Source of the DNA: Terriglobia bacterium
GTDB taxonomy: Bacteria; Acidobacteriota; Terriglobia; Bryobacterales; UBA6623
Direction: 5' to 3'
Length of the DNA stretch: 64,000 bases
Assembly: GCA_963824095.1 (NCBI GenBank)
Contig: CAWGNS010000008.1
Span: 833,272-897,271, forward strand
Below the pieces are notes generated by a model. It made no database searches. It had not been told where the DNA came from and saw only the letters and a list, made by a program, of their open reading frames with translations. Shown here piece by piece: positions 15,946 through 23,918 of the stretch (its first letter is position 1; every line of letters starts with the position of its first letter). The position numbers and the translations under genes are program-made.

Positions 15946-18480
15946 TTACTCCACCGAGACTACGGCTGCGTTGGAGGGTTGGTCGCCTAACTTTACTTCG
16001 AGCTCGTGCTCGCCTGGCTGTAGGGCGGCGGGGATCTCGATGTTGGCTTGGGCCAGGCCCACGTAGCCGGGGACCATCGCCACGGCGAGCACATGGGCGT
16101 CGACTCCGCCTAGGGTCGCAGTGGCGGTCAGGGCCGCGAGGCTCAGCGGATCGGCCGGGGCGGGGGCTCCGGATTCGATCGCGGGATCGAGCGGCCCGAC
16201 CCCGGTCAGATACGCCATGACGATGCTGCCGCGCGCGGCGGGCTGCGCCGGCGTGTTCATCGAGTAGTCCTGATTGAGCACCGCCGCGCGGCCATCCATC
16301 AAGACAAACAGGCCGGGGCCCGAGGTGGCCAGCACCACGCCTTCCTGCGGGCTCTCGCTGCCGTCGACGCTCACGGTGACGCGCACCGCGGCCAGGCCGG
16401 CGACCTCGAACGGCATCTGAAAATTGATCTGCGTGGGGCTCACGTAGAGCAGCGGCGCGCGGTAGATTACTTCGCCATTGGGATCGTAGACGCGCACCTC
16501 GACCCCGAGCAACTCGCGCGGCAGTTTGCCGTCGACGAACTCGGCGATGGCGTTCCCAGGCGCGAGGCGTTCGCCGAAGAGAGAAACCAGTCCGCCGGCG
16601 GAAAGGCGCAAAGACGCGTCGACCGCGTGGACTACGCCGCCGACGTTGATGCGCGGCGCGCTGGTCTGCGGATCGAGCACCACCGAGACCTCGATGGTCT
16701 GGCTGGGGACGCTCGACTCGTCGGCGCGAATCACCACGCCGGCGGTGTGCGTGCCGGGCGGCAGGCCGCTGGGATCGACGAAAATCTCGGAGCTGTCGGG
16801 GGTCTCGCCCGAGCCCGGCGAGACGCGCAGCCAGGTGGCGGTTACCGGCGTGACGAACGCCGTCCACTGTACCGTGCCGCCGGTCGAGGTGATCTTGAAC
16901 GGCTGCGCGGGAAAGGCCGGGCCGCCGCTGACGCCGGTGAGCAGAATCCGGTCGCGGTCTAACTGCAGGGCGCGGCCGTTGGGCGGGGTGAACTCGGTCC
17001 GCAGATAGAAATTGTCGAGCCCGTTGATCTCCGGCCCAGCGGAAACGTCCATGCTCAGCTCGATGCGCTCGACATTCTTGAGCACCTGGTCGAACTCGGC
17101 CTCGCCCTGAAACTTCACGAAATAGGACTTGTCGAGCGGCACGCGGAAATGCTCCCAACTGGTGCGCGGGCGGGCGCCGCTCCAGATGTAGACCGTGTTG
17201 TGGCCGATCAGGCGCATCTGCATCGGGCGCTGCGAAATTTCTCCCTCGATCTTGCGGTAGTCGAACTCGAACCAGGGGCGGTCGAGGCTGGCGAGGTTGC
17301 CGAGGTATTTGTCGGGCAGCACGGCGTAGTCTTCGCCCGAGCCGGAGGCGTCGTTGAGCAGTAGAAAGCTGTCGGAGCCGAAGCCGGGCGAGCTGAGCGC
17401 CAGGAACGAATCGGGCGTGCCGGCGGTGGCGCCGGTGATGCCGACGGCGGGGAAGTTATGGGTCCAGTTGTCGAGATCGCCCTCGAACAGCGACGAGGTC
17501 GGGCCGGGCGGCGATCCGATTGGCGGCGGTGGCGGCTCGCCGGTGAAGGTGAAGTTGTCGAGATCGTTGGTTTCGGGGCCGGGCGCTTGGTCCATGCTCA
17601 GCTCGATGCGCGCCAGGTTGCGCAGCACGTCCTGAAACGAAGCCGTGCCGGCGAGGCGGGTCCAGCGCGTGGCGTCGAGCGGCACCTCGACGGTGAACCA
17701 GTCGTCGTCGGCCGGCACCGGGCCTTGCCAGCGGAAGGCGGCCCCGGCTCCGATCAGGCGCATCTCGATGGGAAACAGCGCCGCGGCGCCTTCCGAGTGG
17801 CGGTAGTCGAACTGAAACTGCGCCGAGCGAAACACGGCCAGATTGCCGAGAAATTTGGGCGGCGCGACGGCGAAATCCTGACTGGGGCCGTTGAGGTCGG
17901 CGAGCCGCAGGAAGCCTTCGTCCTCGACGGTGAGCACGCCCGCGAAATCGCCGGTTGTGGCGCCGGGCAAGGTCGAGCCCGGGTAGTTGCGCTGCCAGCC
18001 CTCGGGCGTTCCCTGGCTGAAGGTCGAGATCGAGAACGTCTCGGGGGCGGAGCCGCCCACCACCGTGATGGTCAGCTTGCCTTGGATCACGGTGTTGAGC
18101 GTGTTGACCCGGATCGCCAGGTAATAGACGCCGGTTTCGAGCGGCGGATCGCTCGCTGTATCGATGACGATCTGCTCGACGCCGCTGCCGGCGGTCTCAC
18201 TCGAAAAGTCGGCCTTCACCACGCCGTCTTCGTCCACCACAGGACGCGCCGATTGGACGTACAGGTCCAGGTCGTGGGAGGGATCGTCGGTTTCGAGGTC
18301 GATGGTGACCTGCGAGACGGTGGGAATGACCGTGAAGGTGAAATCGTTGAATAGCTTCACCTCGGACTGCCGCGGCACGTTGAGGGTGTGGGAGACGCCG
18401 GTGTAGAGTTGTTCGGCGGGCGCGGGCAGCACGGCCACGAGCGACAGCGGCAATAGGAGAAAACGAAGGGCCAGACGCAT
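15946..18480 (-). CDS. Large secreted protein: signal peptide, PPC-like domain, two copies of an uncharacterised ~160-aa module, an Ig-like domain and a TIGR03437-like 'Soli_cterm' C-terminus
   Basis: ORF 15946-18639 trimmed to the ATG at 18480 (MRLALRFLLLPLSLVAVLPAPAEQ). DLDLYV is PPC-like. The C-terminal ~200 aa (LLYVSPTQINFQMP...PGYVGLAQANIEIP...) match my memory of the Solibacter C-terminal domain. Confidence 0.8.
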   Translation of the reverse strand: MRLALRFLLLPLSLVAVLPAPAEQLYTGVSHTLNVPRQSEVKLFNDFTFTVIPTVSQVTIDLETDDPSHDLDLYVQSARPVVDEDGVVKADFSSETAGSGVEQIVIDTASDPPLETGVYYLAIRVNTLNTVIQGKLTITVVGGSAPETFSISTFSQGTPEGWQRNYPGSTLPGATTGDFAGVLTVEDEGFLRLADLNGPSQDFAVAPPKFLGNLAVFRSAQFQFDYRHSEGAAALFPIEMRLIGAGAAFRWQGPVPADDDWFTVEVPLDATRWTRLAGTASFQDVLRNLARIELSMDQAPGPETNDLDNFTFTGEPPPPPIGSPPGPTSSLFEGDLDNWTHNFPAVGITGATAGTPDSFLALSSPGFGSDSFLLLNDASGSGEDYAVLPDKYLGNLASLDRPWFEFDYRKIEGEISQRPMQMRLIGHNTVYIWSGARPRTSWEHFRVPLDKSYFVKFQGEAEFDQVLKNVERIELSMDVSAGPEINGLDNFYLRTEFTPPNGRALQLDRDRILLTGVSGGPAFPAQPFKITSTGGTVQWTAFVTPVTATWLRVSPGSGETPDSSEIFVDPSGLPPGTHTAGVVIRADESSVPSQTIEVSVVLDPQTSAPRINVGGVVHAVDASLRLSAGGLVSLFGERLAPGNAIAEFVDGKLPRELLGVEVRVYDPNGEVIYRAPLLYVSPTQINFQMPFEVAGLAAVRVTVSVDGSESPQEGVVLATSGPGLFVLMDGRAAVLNQDYSMNTPAQPAARGSIVMAYLTGVGPLDPAIESGAPAPADPLSLAALTATATLGGVDAHVLAVAMVPGYVGLAQANIEIPAALQPGEHELEVKLGDQPSNAAVVSVE

Positions 18481-18550
18481 GGTTCCTGCGAGAACTCTAG
18501 CATGGCCCGCGCGAGGGTGCGGCTGGGTCAGGTGGTGTGAGATTTCGAAC

Positions 18551-18622
18551 GGGTGAGGCGAGCGGGCAAAAGAGGCAGGGCAAGAACGAGGCAGGACAAG
18601 AACACAGACAGGATTGTCTGTG
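18551..18622 (-). repeat. R2 composite repeat: purine-rich tract (GGGCAAAAGAGGCAGGGCAAGAACGAGGCAGGACAAGAA) plus hairpin CACAGACA-GGAT-TGTCTGTG (18603-18622), immediately 3' of ubiE on the minus strand
   Basis: Read directly. Same architecture as 1701-1832 and 44840-44911. Confidence 0.75.
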
Positions 18623-18642
18623 CCGCTTGCCTGGGCCACGGC

Positions 18643-19407
18643 CTAGCGGTAGGCCAGGTGCAGCATCGAGATTCCGCCGGTGAGGGGGAAGAAATCAACT
18701 CTTCGGAATCCTCCGTTGTGGAGATCGTCGGCTAGCTCGTGCGGACCGGGGAAGCGTTCGACCGAGCGCTGCAGATAGGAGTAAGCCCCCGCCGAACCGG
18801 AGAGCGTGTTGCCCAGGTGCGGCAGGATGTGGCGGAAGTAGAAGCCGAAAAGCGGCGCCACCACGGGGTTGGTGGGGTGGGAAAATTCCAGAATCGCCAG
18901 ACAGCCTCCGGGCGCCAGCACGCGCTGCAGTTCCTCGATGCCGCGGCGGTAGTTGGCCAGGTTCCGGAAGCCGTAGGCGATGGTGATCAGGTCGAGCGAG
19001 CGGTCGGGCAGCGGCAGCGAAAGGGCGTCGGCCTCGAGCAGTGCGCTGGGAATCCGTTCGCGTTGCAGCTTTTCGTGGGCCGAGGCCAGCATCGGCCGGC
19101 AGAAATCGCTTCCCAGGCCGGGCTGTCCGCCCGACGCGCCGAGCAGGCGCGCGCGCTCGGCTTCGAGGGCGATCAGCAGGTCGCCGGTGCCGCAGCAGAC
19201 GTCCATCCAGCGGGTTTCGGGCCGGCGAAGATAGTCGCGCACGCGCCGCACCAGCGCCTTGCGCCAGTGGACGTCGATGCGCATCGACAAGACGTGGTTG
19301 AGCAGGTCGTAGCGCGGGGCGATGCGCCCGAACATTTCGCGGATACGGCGGCCGGCTTCCGCTTCGTTGCCGGGCTCCACTCCGGCCGGCGCGGCTCCCA
19401 GGCTCAT
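18643..19407 (-). CDS. ubiE: Demethylmenaquinone / ubiquinone C-methyltransferase
   Basis: ORF track, 254 aa. MFGRIAPRYDLLNHVLSMRIDVHWRK and the SAM motif DVCCGTGDL are present. Overlaps the aroB stop by 4 nt. Confidence 0.85.
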   Translation of the reverse strand: MSLGAAPAGVEPGNEAEAGRRIREMFGRIAPRYDLLNHVLSMRIDVHWRKALVRRVRDYLRRPETRWMDVCCGTGDLLIALEAERARLLGASGGQPGLGSDFCRPMLASAHEKLQRERIPSALLEADALSLPLPDRSLDLITIAYGFRNLANYRRGIEELQRVLAPGGCLAILEFSHPTNPVVAPLFGFYFRHILPHLGNTLSGSAGAYSYLQRSVERFPGPHELADDLHNGGFRRVDFFPLTGGISMLHLAYR

Positions 19408-20552
19408 TCGGCGCGCACTCCGCCGGCGACCGGCTGGCGGCCGTTGGCGGCGTCGGCGGCGGCATTGCGCAGCGCCCGCAAGGCCCCGTCAGCGGCTTCG
19501 AGGACGAGATCCGACGGCGGATCTTTCACCACGCGCACGTGGCCGACGCGGTCGGCCAGCACGAAATGCACGCGGCCTCCGATAGTTTTCTTGTCGCCGC
19601 CGACGCGCGCCACGAGGTTCGCGGCCGCCACTTCGCCCGGATCGGGAAGCGGCCCGTAGTCGAGTACAGAGCGCTCGATCTCGAGGCGTGTTTCGGACGG
19701 CAGCAACCGCAGCGCCTCGGCCAGGCGGCCCGCCGCAATCATGCCGTAGGCGACCGCTTCGCCGTGCAGCAGGCAGCGGTAGGCGGTTTCGGCCTCCAGG
19801 GCGTGGCCCAGAGTGTGCCCGTAATTCAGAATGCGGCGCAGGTCGCCTTCGCGCTCGTCGGCTTTGACCACCGCCGCCTTGATGCGCGCCGATTCGGAAA
19901 TGATGGCTTCGAGGATGCGCGGATCGCGGGCGAGCACCTCTTTGCGTCCGGCGGTCATCACCTCGAACAGCTTGGGGCTCCAGATCACGCCGTATTTGAG
20001 GACCTCGAACAGCCCGGCGCGGAATTCGCGGTCCGGCAGGGTGTTCAGCGTGGTGGGGTCTATCAACACCAGCCGCGGCTGGTGGAAGGCGCCCACCAGG
20101 TTCTTGCCCGAGCCCAGATTGACCCCCGTCTTGCCGCCGATCGAGGCGTCGACCTGCGCCAGAAGGGTGGTGGGCACCTGGATCAGCTCGACGCCGCGCA
20201 TGTAGCTGGCGGCCGCGAAGCCGCCGACATCGCCGGCGATACCGCCTCCGAACGCCACCACGCAGGCGCTACGATCTGCGCCGGCCGCATACATCCGTTC
20301 GGCGAGCGATTCGACCTGGTTGAGGCGCTTGTTTTCCTCGCCCGCCTGCAACTCGAGCACGGTGTGCTCGAGGCCGGCCAGCCCCGCCACGAAGCGTTCT
20401 CCCTGATGCCGCCAGGCTTGCGGATCGGCGACGATGAACAGCCGCCGGGCGCCGGTGATCGGCTCGATCCACGGGCGGGCCCGCTCCAACGCCCCGGCCT
20501 CGACGACCACATCGTAGGAGGCGTGCGCGGTTTCGACTGGAATGCGCGGCAT
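19404..20552 (-). CDS. aroB: 3-dehydroquinate synthase
   Basis: ORF 19404-20585 trimmed to the ATG at 20552 (MPRIPVE...; the track start is TTG). GGGIAGDVGGFAAASYMRGV, VDASIGGKTGVN and NYGHTLGHALE are present. Confidence 0.9.
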   Translation of the reverse strand: MPRIPVETAHASYDVVVEAGALERARPWIEPITGARRLFIVADPQAWRHQGERFVAGLAGLEHTVLELQAGEENKRLNQVESLAERMYAAGADRSACVVAFGGGIAGDVGGFAAASYMRGVELIQVPTTLLAQVDASIGGKTGVNLGSGKNLVGAFHQPRLVLIDPTTLNTLPDREFRAGLFEVLKYGVIWSPKLFEVMTAGRKEVLARDPRILEAIISESARIKAAVVKADEREGDLRRILNYGHTLGHALEAETAYRCLLHGEAVAYGMIAAGRLAEALRLLPSETRLEIERSVLDYGPLPDPGEVAAANLVARVGGDKKTIGGRVHFVLADRVGHVRVVKDPPSDLVLEAADGALRALRNAAADAANGRQPVAGGVRAE

Positions 20553-20633
20553 GTCCCCTTTTTGTACCACGAAGGGTTGTGGCAAGAGGGGTGGGGAGCC
20601 GGCGGATTGGCGCTTGACGTTGGGGCCTGGGAG

Positions 20634-20675
20634 CTCGCCGCTTCGCGGCGAGGACAGGCGGGAGCGCCTGTCTCT
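20634..20675 (+). repeat. R2' double-hairpin repeat (CTCGCCGC-TTCG-CGGCGAG plus GACAGGCG-GGAG-CGCCTGTC)
   Basis: Read directly. A near-identical copy lies at 27770-27811. Confidence 0.8.
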
Positions 20676-20709
20676 ACAAGGCGCGGTGGAAACGTGTTTT
20701 CATGAAAGG

Positions 20710-21387
20710 GTGGCGGAAGGTAAATGGGTCGAACCGGTTCGTGTTGGCTTGCGCGTGGCGCTGGTGCTGGCGCTGGCCTATGTCGGGCTGGACTTTTATT
20801 CGCGCTGGGCGCGGCCTCCTCTGGAGCGCCATAAACCTCCGCCGATCCAGCGTGTCGACGATTTCTACGTTCACCCGCCCAAGTCCTACGTCACCGATAT
20901 CGCCACGGCCCAGAAGCTGGTCGGCAAACCGTTGTGGGTGATCGGGGGGTACCGCTGGAAGACCGAGCCCGACGGACGGCTGCTGGAGCCGCTGGAGAAA
21001 ATTGTGCCCACCGCCATCGTCCGCCAGGGCGAGGAGGGGGTCATCCGTTTCGAGCACGACGGGCGTAGCGAGTCGGTAGCGGTGGGCCCGGCCAATCGGC
21101 TCTACATCGACGACATGTTCTTCATCAAAGACCCCAAGGAGCTCTACAGCCACTGGCCGCCAGAGATCTGGGCGAAGGTCGAAAAGCACCAGATCGAGAT
21201 CGGCATGACGGAGTTTCAGGTCACTTTCGCGTTGGGCGCGGGGGCCACGAAGCGTTCCTCGCAGCGCGGGCAGAGCCGCATTGTCGAATACACGCTGTGC
21301 GCGGCGGCGGGTCTGCAGCCGGTGCGGGTAACGTTCCGGGGAGGCCGGGCGGAGGAGATTGAAAAGCTTCCTACAGGGAAGAGTTGA
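20710..21387 (+). CDS. Hypothetical membrane-anchored protein
   Basis: ORF 20542-21387. The start was tentatively moved to the GTG at 20710, just before the single hydrophobic helix (VGLRVALVLALAYVGLDFY). No recognisable domain. High GC3 supports coding. Confidence 0.55.
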   Translation: MAEGKWVEPVRVGLRVALVLALAYVGLDFYSRWARPPLERHKPPPIQRVDDFYVHPPKSYVTDIATAQKLVGKPLWVIGGYRWKTEPDGRLLEPLEKIVPTAIVRQGEEGVIRFEHDGRSESVAVGPANRLYIDDMFFIKDPKELYSHWPPEIWAKVEKHQIEIGMTEFQVTFALGAGATKRSSQRGQSRIVEYTLCAAAGLQPVRVTFRGGRAEEIEKLPTGKS

Positions 21388-21470
21388 CGGCAGGTGCTTT
21401 CAGGCGGGCCGTGGCGGAGGCCTTGGAGCGCGGATGGTTTTGCCCTTTGGGCTCTCGGGATCCTGGGGGG

Positions 21471-22130
21471 CTAGCCCAGCGCGTTTACGGGGTGCTTGTA
21501 GGTGTCGCTGACGACTTCCATCTCGACCAGGAAGCGGTTGCCGCGCTTGTGGCAGGCGCTGGCCGAGGCCAGGCAGCGCACTTCCTGTCCGGAAACGAGC
21601 ACGATTGAGGGCGCCGGCACGGCCTTGGTGGCGACGACTTCGAGGCGCCCCTCCCCGGCGTTGCGCAGATCGACAGGCACGTGCATCACCTTGCCCGACT
21701 TCTCGATCCACTTGAGCCGCGTTCCGCCGTTGGGGGCGGCTTTGGGGGCCTTTGCCTTGAGGCGCTCGAAACCCACCTGGTAGCCATTTTCGGAACGATT
21801 GCAGTAGCGGATGAGCCCTTGCCAGTCTTCGCCGTGGCTGGTAATAACCCACACCTCGCGCTGGACGTCCACGGGCCGGCGGCAGGTAAGTCCGATGCCG
21901 CCATCGGCGCTGTTTTTCAGCCAGACGCTGACGGTTTTCCAGCCGCCGTCGTCGGCGATCCACAACATTTTTCCGGCGTCTTCCTTGGGCCAGCGGATGT
22001 TGCGGCGGCGCTCCTCGATGGGCAGCGAGAGGGACTCGTCGGCGCGTCCCATGTCCTTTTTGGGAACCTCGGGCGGGGGCGCCTTCTTGCCACCCCAGCG
22101 CAACAGGTTCGAAAACGAGGACATCTTCAT
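21471..22130 (-). CDS. PilZ-like domain protein (putative c-di-GMP receptor)
   Basis: ORF track, 219 aa. ERRRNIRWP (RxxxR) and NSADGGIGL (N/DxSxxG) sit at PilZ-like spacing. The second half is more weakly PilZ-like. Confidence 0.6.
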   Translation of the reverse strand: MKMSSFSNLLRWGGKKAPPPEVPKKDMGRADESLSLPIEERRRNIRWPKEDAGKMLWIADDGGWKTVSVWLKNSADGGIGLTCRRPVDVQREVWVITSHGEDWQGLIRYCNRSENGYQVGFERLKAKAPKAAPNGGTRLKWIEKSGKVMHVPVDLRNAGEGRLEVVATKAVPAPSIVLVSGQEVRCLASASACHKRGNRFLVEMEVVSDTYKHPVNALG

Positions 22131-22271
22131 ACTTCCCGCAGTATCAAGCGACTGCCCGGCTAAGGCAATAGGCAGGAAACACTAGCTCCCGGCGCGAGTC
22201 CGACTCAATTCCGAGGCCGGCGTTGGGGATTGCGACGGTTCGCCCAGGGGCTTTTGGGCTGTCGCCAGCTT

Positions 22272-22295
22272 GGGCAGGCCGGAGCCCCGCCCCAC
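22272..22295 (+). repeat. R1-related short element (GGGCAGGCCGGAGCCCCGCCCCAC)
   Basis: Read directly. Close to the copy at 38396-38419. Confidence 0.6.
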
Positions 22296-22378
22296 TGGCT
22301 GGCTGATTGCGGTTGTGCGGGTCGTGGCGCCAGACGGGAGCGCCGCGGGACCGGGCCGGTGGAGGTCGGCCGCAGCCC

Positions 22379-23044
22379 CTAGGTGTCGCCCTTGTATTCC
22401 AGCGTGTTGCGCTGGTAGGCCTGGCGCACCAAGTGCAGTCCGACGATGAACTTATCGCCCAGCTCGATGCAATAGCAGGTCGAACCGTCGCATTGCAGTT
22501 CGTCGCCGAGCAACTGCACGATGGTGCCCACCGGAAGCGGCACGGCGGACTCAACCTGCAAGCCGAATTCGGTGGCGTTGTGGACGGTGACCGGCGAGTC
22601 GCAAGGTCCGACGTGCGAATCGCCCCAGTGCAGTACGGCCTCGCCGTCGACCGGATAGCGGTCAGTGCGCCGTCGCTCGCGGTCAACGCGGTAGGCTCCG
22701 CTCAAAAAGTCGCGGCCGCTCGGCGCGGTGTGCCGCACGACGCTTTTGGTCATCGGGGCGCCCTCGGCCTCGACCCAGACGGTCTGGTCCCGCGGGAATT
22801 CCTCGCTGACGGTGAAAGCCAGCCCGTGAGCCGAGGTATCCCGGATGATGACCGGCTCGGAGCGGCAGACGCCGTTTTCGTCGAACCACTCGACGCGCGC
22901 GGGTAGATCGGTTGGAACGCGGACATCCTTTCGGGATTCGCGGCCTTGGTGTTGCGATTTTCCGCCGCTCTCCTCCTGACGCGCCTCCAGCTCGGAGTCC
23001 CGCTTCAAGAGCCTGCCAAACAGATTTCCAAGAGAGTTTGCCAC
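22379..23044 (-). CDS. Tandem PilZ-domain protein (putative c-di-GMP receptor)
   Basis: ORF track, 221 aa. Domain 1 has RESRKDVRVP ... DTSAHGLAF. Domain 2 has RERRRTDRYPV ... NATEFGLQV. Confidence 0.7.
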   Translation of the reverse strand: MANSLGNLFGRLLKRDSELEARQEESGGKSQHQGRESRKDVRVPTDLPARVEWFDENGVCRSEPVIIRDTSAHGLAFTVSEEFPRDQTVWVEAEGAPMTKSVVRHTAPSGRDFLSGAYRVDRERRRTDRYPVDGEAVLHWGDSHVGPCDSPVTVHNATEFGLQVESAVPLPVGTIVQLLGDELQCDGSTCYCIELGDKFIVGLHLVRQAYQRNTLEYKGDT

Positions 23045-23393
23045 GCCCCGAGTATGCTAGTGGAAAGACCGCAGAGACAATCGCCCATTGGTTTCATTTT
23101 GCGGGGATTACCTTGGTACTGCCGGGCAGGGCGGGAGTTATGGAGGGCATAGCCCGCCGGTTCCCGACGGTCGGGGCCCAATTCATTCGCTGGACGAGAG
23201 ATACTGCGACCCCTATCCCGAACGGCCTATGCCGCCGATCTCCATCCTCGGTACTGCCCTGCTAACCTCTGCTTTTCGTCCGCGTCGAAACCCAAGTGGC
23301 CCGTAGGCGCCGGTTTTTTCGTGTCGGAAGCCGGGATTTTTGTCTTGGGAAGCCCTGGTTTTGCCGACGCGAGAGCGGGGTGACGCGGGGAGG

Positions 23394-23738
23394 ATGGTGG
23401 CGATGACCCAGCTTGCCGATCAGAGCTGTGTGCCTTGCCGGGGAGGCGTGCCGCCCCTACGCGGGGAGGCCCTGGCTCCGCTCAGCGCCCAGGTGCCCGA
23501 GTGGAGCGTTGTCGAAGAGCATCATCTGCATCGTGTCTTCCGGTTTCCCGATTTTCGGCAGGCGCTGAATTGGGCCAACCGCGTCGGCGAGCTTGCCGAA
23601 GAACAAGGCCACCATCCGGATCTGTTGCTGAGCTGGGGCAAGGTGGAGGTCTTGATCTGGACCCATAAGATCAACGGGCTCACGGCAAGTGATTTTGTGC
23701 TGGCGGCGAAGATCGACCGGCTCGCGCCGGGCACTTGA
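23394..23738 (+). CDS. 4a-hydroxytetrahydrobiopterin dehydratase (pterin-4-alpha-carbinolamine dehydratase)
   Basis: ORF 23340-23738 trimmed to the ATG at 23394, which follows a GGGGAGG RBS. FRFPDFRQALNWANRVGELAEEQGHHPDL...WTH is the PCD signature. Confidence 0.85.
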   Translation: MVAMTQLADQSCVPCRGGVPPLRGEALAPLSAQVPEWSVVEEHHLHRVFRFPDFRQALNWANRVGELAEEQGHHPDLLLSWGKVEVLIWTHKINGLTASDFVLAAKIDRLAPGT

Positions 23739-23918
23739 TGGCCTGCCGTCCAGTAGACTCCAGTAGAAATAGGGAACTGGACAACCGGCGCACTACACAT
23801 CGGGCGCGGTGGGCGTGATACAAGGCAGGGGCATAGGGCAAATCGCGCCGGGAACGCAGCGGTAGAACCTAGCCCAGGGCGGGCGCCCGTAGCGCTACGG
23901 TTATACTAGAGGAAATTT

